12,791 nucleotides of DNA from Candidatus Krumholzibacteriia bacterium (GTDB lineage: Bacteria; Krumholzibacteriota; Krumholzibacteriia; WVZY01): contig JBHHVD010000086.1 of NCBI GenBank assembly GCA_046754105.1, positions 1 to 12,791 of the forward strand, read 5' to 3'. Positions 8,494 through 12,791 of the stretch are shown here, in pieces. Position 1 is the stretch's first letter; every line of letters starts with the position of its first letter. The notes under the pieces are model-generated. The model was not told the origin of the DNA. It ran no database searches and was given only the letters and a program-made list of their open reading frames with translations. A program made the translations under genes and the position numbers.

Positions 8494-8523
8494 ATTCTAC
8501 CACTGTGCCTGAGGCATTGTCAA
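8494..8523 (-). promoter_or_regulatory. Sigma70-type promoter of the fusA-yebC-ruvCAB-queA operon
   Basis: Minus strand reads TTGACA (8523-8518), 18-nt spacer ending TGG (extended -10), TAGAAT (8499-8494); 60 nt upstream of the ATG. Confidence 0.8.
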
Positions 8524-8572
8524 CGCCGCCACGCCGCGCGATCCTGGCGCCAACAACCCGCGGGGCAAGCGT

Positions 8573-9298
8573 TTACGACAGCCCGCCCAGCCGGGTGGTC
8601 ACGAGCGAGATAAGTACGAACAGCAGCAGCAACGGGATGACGGCCAGTATCGCCGCACGCCGGGTCACGCCGAAGACGTGCGATACGCCCATGGCGAGGA
8701 GGACGTAGAACCAGATGTAGAACGCATCGAGACTCGACAGGATCGGGTAGAGAATCTTGTGGCCTGGGCTGAGCAGCAGCGCCGGGCCGAACGAGGCCAC
8801 GGCGTCTTCCGGTGCGTGGATGTTTTCGACGCCCTTCATACGTGTGAGCAACGTGCCGACAAGCAGGCCAAGCGATGAAACGATACTGGCGTACAGGTAG
8901 ATGGTAAAGAACTTCTTGAAGCTGGAAGTATCGGCAAGCACGCTCACCACCAGGTAGGATACCCCGGCAATGATCAGACCCGTGATCAAGATCACCACCG
9001 GTGTGGTGATGACCCCCAGGAATCCGAATTTCTCCATCTGCTCGACGGTCTGCTGGAGCTGTTCGGCGGAAACGCCCCTTGGGTTCAGACGCACCAGCTG
9101 TAGCTGAATCGGTACGCTGATGTAGGCGATGATCATGTTGACGATCGACACCCACATCCACGGCTCCCACCAGTGCACGCCCCCCTTTATGTCGTCGAAG
9201 AGGAGCCTCGGCGACTGCAGGGTCCACACCAGGCGAGAAAAAAGCGTCCCGCCCACCGCGGGCGCCGCTTCCGCGCCGCTATCCATTTGCTCGTTCAT
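8573..9298 (-). CDS. Yip1-domain integral membrane protein (about 5 TM helices)
   Basis: ATG at 9298 with GGGAGG RBS. Pattern LVWTLQSPRLLFDDIK...WWEP, a TM helix, a helical QLQQTVEQM loop, further TMs, SFKKFFTIYLYASIV, DAFYIWFYVLLAMGVSHVFGV; typical of bacterial Yip1-family proteins. 241 aa. Confidence 0.78.
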   Translation of the reverse strand: MNEQMDSGAEAAPAVGGTLFSRLVWTLQSPRLLFDDIKGGVHWWEPWMWVSIVNMIIAYISVPIQLQLVRLNPRGVSAEQLQQTVEQMEKFGFLGVITTPVVILITGLIIAGVSYLVVSVLADTSSFKKFFTIYLYASIVSSLGLLVGTLLTRMKGVENIHAPEDAVASFGPALLLSPGHKILYPILSSLDAFYIWFYVLLAMGVSHVFGVTRRAAILAVIPLLLLFVLISLVTTRLGGLS

Positions 9299-9331
9299 GG
9301 CCACCCTCCCTTTCAAACGCTCCGGCGCCGG

Positions 9332-10477
9332 TCACTTCATCATCTCCCGGACCCGGTCCCAGAAGGTCTCTGCGATGACGTCCCAGTCGTTCTCGCGCGC
9401 CCTTTCTCTCGCCTTTTCGGCGATCCGGCGCGCCTTTTCTGGATCGGCCAGCGCCTCTATGGTTTGCTCGCAGGCTCGCACAAAATCATCACCCGGGTCC
9501 ACCGATTTTACGACCTCGGGGTAGTCGAGGACCTCTTCCGAGAAACGCGTGGATACCACGGGCAATCCCGCCGCGAGGTACTCGTAGAGCTTGTTTGGAT
9601 TGACACCTGCGGTCAGCTCGTTGTAGCGGAACGGAATCAGTCCCAGGGTAAACTGCCGGAGGATCTCCGGCAGGCGGTCGTACGACACCGCCGCCAGGTG
9701 AAATACGTTCGGCAACGACGTGAGTTTCAGAACCTGTTCGTCCACGCGGTGGAGAATCGGCCCCACCATGATGATTTCCCACTCGGGGTGCCTCCTCGCC
9801 AGCTCGGCGGTCGCTTCGAAGTCCACCCACGGCGCGAGGGCCCCGATGTATCCGAGCCGGGGCTTTGCCCCCGCTTCAACGTGTCCGGCGTCGCCGGCAC
9901 CGTTTTGAAAGTGCGCGTAATCGACACCGTTGCCGAGGTAATTGCACTCACCGGCGGCTCCTCGGACACCGGCCACTTTCTTCAGCAGCGCCCGCGACGA
10001 CGCAAATACCGAGTCTGCGTTTCTCGACGTCCGGTAGAAATACGCCTCCGTCCAAGAGCGCATGCCGGGAAATTTCGAATGATCGTCGTTGCAGTCGTAC
10101 AGGAGAAACTTTTTCGGCAACCGGATGGCGATGTCCGCGGCGTAGATGTTGGAGATAATGAACCCCGCGCGCGAGGGATCGAATCTCAGCCGGCGCAGGA
10201 GGCTCTGGATGCGCGTACGGGCCACGAGGTCGACCGCCAGGCGGGCCGACTGGCGATCGAGCACGCTCCGCCATAAAAAGGTCGGCGCCGACTTCACGAA
10301 AGGAATCGTCGCGCAGTAAATGTCACCCTCGGTGCGCAACCGGAAAACGTTTCGCCGCCCCTTGACGAAGGGCTCCAGAAAGAGCAGCTGCAGGTCCGCC
10401 GGCTTGCGGCTGATGATTTGCTGCTTGCGGGTCTTCAGGTAATCCCACTTTATTTCAGAAAACCAGACGGCTTGCAT
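9332..10477 (-). CDS. GT-B (GT4-like, TuaH-like subgroup) glycosyltransferase
   Basis: ATG at 10477 (MQAVWFSEIKWDYLKTRKQQI) with GAAGGG upstream. Motifs LYDCNDDHSKF, ADSVFASS, LGNGVDYAHF, LGYIGALAPWVD, GLIPF, GVNPNKLYEYLAAGLPVVST. 381 aa. Confidence 0.9.
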   Translation of the reverse strand: MQAVWFSEIKWDYLKTRKQQIISRKPADLQLLFLEPFVKGRRNVFRLRTEGDIYCATIPFVKSAPTFLWRSVLDRQSARLAVDLVARTRIQSLLRRLRFDPSRAGFIISNIYAADIAIRLPKKFLLYDCNDDHSKFPGMRSWTEAYFYRTSRNADSVFASSRALLKKVAGVRGAAGECNYLGNGVDYAHFQNGAGDAGHVEAGAKPRLGYIGALAPWVDFEATAELARRHPEWEIIMVGPILHRVDEQVLKLTSLPNVFHLAAVSYDRLPEILRQFTLGLIPFRYNELTAGVNPNKLYEYLAAGLPVVSTRFSEEVLDYPEVVKSVDPGDDFVRACEQTIEALADPEKARRIAEKARERARENDWDVIAETFWDRVREMMK

Positions 10478-10581
10478 TGCGGCCCTTCCGGGGACGTGCA
10501 GAATGTAGCACGTGCGCTCGGGGCGCCCCAAGTATTTTGTAGTAAACGGCCTTGTGCTTGCCGTACAGTATTCCGGAAGCA
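10478..10581. promoter_or_regulatory. Divergent promoter region between the two glycosyltransferases
   Basis: 104-nt gap between head-to-head genes. The minus strand carries an extended -10-like TGcTACATT (about 10510-10502); several short dyads are present. Confidence 0.45.
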
Positions 10582-11676
10582 ATGGCCGCCACATCTCGCA
10601 AAATCGCCTACGTCATCGACGATCTCGGCTACGGGGGCGCACAGAAGCAACTCTCGCTCCTGGTACGTGCGCTGCCGGACGCCTACACCCCCGTTGTCGT
10701 GTCCATGTCCCGGGGCTTGCGCCCGTTCGCGGATACGATACGCGCGGACGGAATCCCGGTCCTAGCACTGTCGCGGCGGACCGGAAGCGACGTCGGCAGG
10801 CTGTGGGCGCTCGGTCGCGCGCTCAAGGACACCGGAGCCGACCTGGTGCATGGGTTCCTGGACGCGGCAAACGTCTATGCGTATCTCTCGGCACGGATCC
10901 TTCACAAACCGGTAATGCTCTCCCTGCGCAACGAGCGACTGCGGCTCACCGGATTCGCGGCGCGCGCGTTGTCGCATTCGTTGCGCAGGGCCGATTCCGT
11001 CCTGGTAAACTCCCGAGCGGGACGACAGCTGCTCGTCGATCGAATCCTGGTCGACCCGGAGCGCGTCGCATACATCCCCAACTGGACCGGGACGTTGCAC
11101 GAAGGCAAGGCGCGCCCGCTCCCCGCGGCGAACGACGAGAGAATCATCGGCAACATCGGCCGTTTCACCACGCAGAAGAGGCTGCACCTCCTCATCGAGG
11201 CGTTCGCCGACGTTCACCGGCGCCTCCCACGCTCGCGACTGGTCCTGATGGGCGACGGCCACGAAAAGCGCTCGCTCCAGACACGCGTCGAGGGGCTCGG
11301 CCTCCAGGAGTGCGTGGAATTTCTCGAACCGCGCCTCGACGTCGCAGCGGTCTTGAGGAGGTTCCATTGCTTCGTTCTCCCCTCGGCGCACGAAGGACTG
11401 CCCAACGCCGCGATCGAATCCCTCGCCGAGGGCGTACCGATCGTCGCGACGCCGAGCGGCGATGTGGCGGATCTGGTGGTGGAAGGAAAGACGGGGGTGC
11501 TCTCCGGCGGCACCGGCGCGGGTGCTCTCGCCGGCGACATCCTGCGGGCCTTGTCCGATACCGATCTGCTGCGCAACGCCCGGTCACACGGTCCCGATCT
11601 GGTGCGTCGCAAGTTTTCCATGTCCGCGGCGCTCGACAGGCTGCTGCCCGCCTACGAAGCCCTCTTCTCCCGCTAG
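10582..11676 (+). CDS. Glycosyltransferase family 4 (GT-B, retaining)
   Basis: ATG at 10582. KIAYVIDDLGYGGAQKQL, DLVHGF, VLVNS, YIPN, IGNIGRFTTQKR, LMGDG, and the EX7E motif HEGLPNAAIESLAEGVPIVAT. 364 aa. Confidence 0.93.
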   Translation: MAATSRKIAYVIDDLGYGGAQKQLSLLVRALPDAYTPVVVSMSRGLRPFADTIRADGIPVLALSRRTGSDVGRLWALGRALKDTGADLVHGFLDAANVYAYLSARILHKPVMLSLRNERLRLTGFAARALSHSLRRADSVLVNSRAGRQLLVDRILVDPERVAYIPNWTGTLHEGKARPLPAANDERIIGNIGRFTTQKRLHLLIEAFADVHRRLPRSRLVLMGDGHEKRSLQTRVEGLGLQECVEFLEPRLDVAAVLRRFHCFVLPSAHEGLPNAAIESLAEGVPIVATPSGDVADLVVEGKTGVLSGGTGAGALAGDILRALSDTDLLRNARSHGPDLVRRKFSMSAALDRLLPAYEALFSR

Positions 11677-11682
11677 CGTCGC

Positions 11683-11714
11683 ACAACAAGAAAGGGGCGC
11701 CCGATGGACGCCCC
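11683..11714 (-). terminator. Rho-independent terminator downstream of the PDZ gene
   Basis: Minus-strand RNA GGGGCGUCC-AUC-GGGCGCCCC (9-bp stem with one G-U pair) followed by UUUCUUGUUGU. It sits between convergent genes; on the plus strand the stem has a C-A mismatch and no good U-tract. Confidence 0.8.
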
Positions 11715-11738
11715 CTCTCCCAAGGACCACAGCCGGAC

Positions 11739-12749
11739 CTAGCTGGACTTGGATTTCTTCAACTCTTTCTTCAACTCATCGAGTTCCTTGCGCAACTGCT
11801 TCATCTCTTTTCGCAAGTCGTCACGATGCATGATCTCCACTCGCCCCGGCGCGCTGCCCCGCATGAATGCGGCGTCACCAAAGAACGCACGGCTGCTCTC
11901 GCTCATTTCACCCTTGAGCTTGACCTTCTTCTTCTTTCTCACGACGGTCATCTCGAATTCGTCGCCCGAGTCCATCTCCGAGATCGCTCCGTGGATATCA
12001 CCCACCGAGCGGATGTCGTTCCCCTCGATATCGACGATCACGTCACCGGCTTTCACACCAGCTTCCTCGGCCGTTGACTCGTCGCCGACGTCGAGGATGA
12101 GGATGCCTTCACCTTCGTCCACTCCAAAGTACGGCGCGAGGTCCGAGTTGAGCTCCGACACGCGCACACCAAGGCGGAAGGGCCTCAGGGAGCTGACAAA
12201 GGACGGGGCATCGAAGTCGAAGTCAAAATCGCCCGGCGTCATGAAGCTCACCTGCGGCTGGTCGGACCAGTCGCCCAGCGTCACCGTCACCGTCTTGGAC
12301 TTGCCACCGCGGGAAAACTGGATCTTCACGTCGTCACCGACGTCCGCGTCGCCCACGAGCTCGCTCAGCTCCTCTGGAGAGGTCACTTTCTTGCGGCCGA
12401 ATTTGACGACAACGTCGCCGTCCTCGATACCGGCCTTCTCCGCCGGGCTGTCCTCGATGACTTCGCTGATGAGGACGCCGTTCTTGACCTTGATATCGAG
12501 TCCCTCGCGAACCTCGTCGGTAAGCTCTTGCATCCTGACACCGAGAAACGCACCGGTGTGCACCTTGATCTCGTTCAGCCTGTGGTGTTTCCCCGGTTTC
12601 TTCTTGCCGGCGAACGCCGGTGACGCGCCCGCGGCGGCGACCGCCAGCGCGAAGACCGCTGCCCCGAGCAGCACGGCCACACGCCCCGTGGCCGACCGGC
12701 CCCTTATGGTCGATAGTTTGTCTCGCATAGCTTCCGGACTTACGTCCAT
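11739..12749 (-). CDS. Exported protein with two PDZ domains and a C-terminal coiled coil, no protease domain
   Basis: Signal peptide VAVLLGAAVFALAVAAAGASPAFA|G. PDZ1 AFLGVRMQEL..GVLISEVIEDSPAEKAGIEDGDVV; PDZ2 FRLGVRVSEL..GILILDV..STAEEAGVKAGDVI. Tail DDLRKEMKQLRKELDELKKELKKS. Start is either ATG 12749 (GAGGAGG very close) or ATG 12728. Confidence 0.85.
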   Translation of the reverse strand: MDVSPEAMRDKLSTIRGRSATGRVAVLLGAAVFALAVAAAGASPAFAGKKKPGKHHRLNEIKVHTGAFLGVRMQELTDEVREGLDIKVKNGVLISEVIEDSPAEKAGIEDGDVVVKFGRKKVTSPEELSELVGDADVGDDVKIQFSRGGKSKTVTVTLGDWSDQPQVSFMTPGDFDFDFDAPSFVSSLRPFRLGVRVSELNSDLAPYFGVDEGEGILILDVGDESTAEEAGVKAGDVIVDIEGNDIRSVGDIHGAISEMDSGDEFEMTVVRKKKKVKLKGEMSESSRAFFGDAAFMRGSAPGRVEIMHRDDLRKEMKQLRKELDELKKELKKSKSS

Positions 12750-12791
12750 CCCTCCTCGAGCGTTTGAGAGTTCATCTCTACGGGCTTAAAC

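Noticed and set aside
8434..8572. Riboswitch or ncRNA in the fusA leader
   Set aside because: The predicted 5' UTR is only about 55 nt with weak pairing; no recognisable RNA family or terminator.
9173..10276. 367-aa plus-strand ORF and the other alternate-frame ORFs across the ruv and fusA genes
   Set aside because: Shadow ORFs over well-supported genes; stop codons are scarce at high GC.
10512..12077. 521-aa plus-strand ORF
   Set aside because: Alternative frame over the GT4 gene, Arg/Pro-rich as expected at high GC, and it crosses the terminator.
12210..12230. Short GACTTC-type tandem repeat as a phase-variation tract
   Set aside because: Only about 3 imperfect in-frame units encoding DFDFDFD; protein-level low complexity.
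11749..12789. 346-aa Ser-rich plus-strand ORF
   Set aside because: Antisense mirror of the Glu/Asp/Lys-rich PDZ gene.

Overview
GC-rich bacterial chromosomal segment with no mobile elements, CRISPR arrays or RNA genes that I can support. The core is a tightly packed minus-strand operon, fusA-like (EF-G II paralog) > yebC > ruvC > ruvA > ruvB > queA, preceded by a near-consensus sigma70 promoter. Surface-glycan genes flank it on both sides. On the left are a Wzx-type flippase (runs off the window edge and is missing from the ORF track) and a divergent class I SAM methyltransferase that overlaps the queA 3' end convergently. On the right are a Yip1-like membrane protein, two divergent GT-B glycosyltransferases and a secreted protein with two PDZ domains but no protease domain, ending in an intrinsic terminator. 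Most of this is housekeeping, and I cannot claim a clearly new system. The best leads are (i) a GTPase-divergent EF-G II leading the yebC-ruvCAB-queA operon, (ii) the queA 3' junction, where tgt is absent and a methyltransferase overlaps queA antisense, and (iii) the PDZ-only exported protein and the GT-Yip1 pairing. All family assignments come from motif recognition, not database searches.
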